DNA from: Geosiphon pyriformis uo1
Taxonomy: Eukaryota > Fungi > Glomeromycota
Length of the DNA: 64,000 nucleotides
Assembly (NCBI GenBank): GCA_016748015.1
Contig: JAAOMT010000591.1
Location: 605,050-669,049 of the forward strand
Direction of reading: 5' to 3'
Part shown: in pieces, positions 63,718 through 64,000 of the stretch
Position numbering within the stretch: the stretch's first letter is position 1
Layout of the letters: each line of letters opens with the position of its first letter
Notes under the pieces: generated by a model
Seen by the model: only the letters and a program-made list of their open reading frames with translations
Database searches by the model: none
Told to the model about the DNA's origin: nothing
Made by a program: the position numbers and the translations under genes

Positions 63718-64000
63718 ATGATTATTTCTCGAAATATTCAACAAATATCCCAAAAATTAATGTTAGTCTTGAAAACACTTCCTGACTTATCCATAACAAT
63801 TAATGGAAGTCAAATTAATTACATTCAGAAAGAAACCACAGCCCCAGTAGCAAATTATTTACAGAATTATCACCTCTATAGAAGAAAAACAAGAAGTCGC
63901 TCTGAGAATAGATTACCAAGATTTTTGAAGCAAGCACTAGAAGAAAATTTTTTAATTGCTCCTATTGACATTTCACCAAATGCTACAATACAACAAAAAC
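63718..64000 (+). CDS. Family B ORF3, 5' part, open to the window end
   Basis: My translation MIISRNIQQISQKLMLVLKTLPDLSITINGSQINYIQK aligns with the ORF3 N-termini of C and D; no stop before 64000. Confidence 0.65.
   Translation, partial: MIISRNIQQISQKLMLVLKTLPDLSITINGSQINYIQKETTAPVANYLQNYHLYRRKTRSRSENRLPRFLKQALEENFLIAPIDISPNATIQQK

Larger units (their letters stand above)
55485..64000 (+). mobile_element. Family B (variant LTR) Ty3/gypsy element: 5' LTR 55485-56497, PBS 56500-56515, gag-pol, start of ORF3; runs off the window
   Basis: TGTTACCAG..CCGGTAACA; PBS TGGTGCTCTCCCACGG; TATAAAA 55898; full domain series follows. Confidence 0.94.

Overview
This window is an AT-rich, CpG-depleted stack of nested eukaryotic retrotransposons with no recognisable host gene. 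It is probably fungal; some peptides resemble Glomeromycotina repeat proteins from memory, which I have not verified. The left ~12 kb holds two tail-to-tail copies of an APE-RT-RNaseH LINE, two minus-strand LTRs, a LINE 3' stub and a ~420 bp CpG-rich non-TE island. From 12 to 64 kb there are ten same-orientation Ty3/gypsy pieces from four LTR families (my labels A, B, C, D), nested up to ~7 deep, with 4-bp TSDs, tRNA primer-binding sites and polypurine tracts. All coding regions are decayed, mainly by C:G->T:A changes. Families B, C and D share an unusual architecture: a putative GUG-initiated N-extended Gag, protease, a multi-Cys domain, dUTPase, RT, RNaseH, integrase without chromodomain, and a conserved non-env third ORF preceded by its own TATA box in C and D. 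Each family's LTR U3 carries a distinct array of palindromic repeats. Family A instead has a U_UUA_AAC -1 frameshift signal. The leading hypothesis, which is inference only, is a family-specific ORF3/operator-array regulatory or anti-silencing system. Boundaries were read by eye and internal domain limits are approximate.
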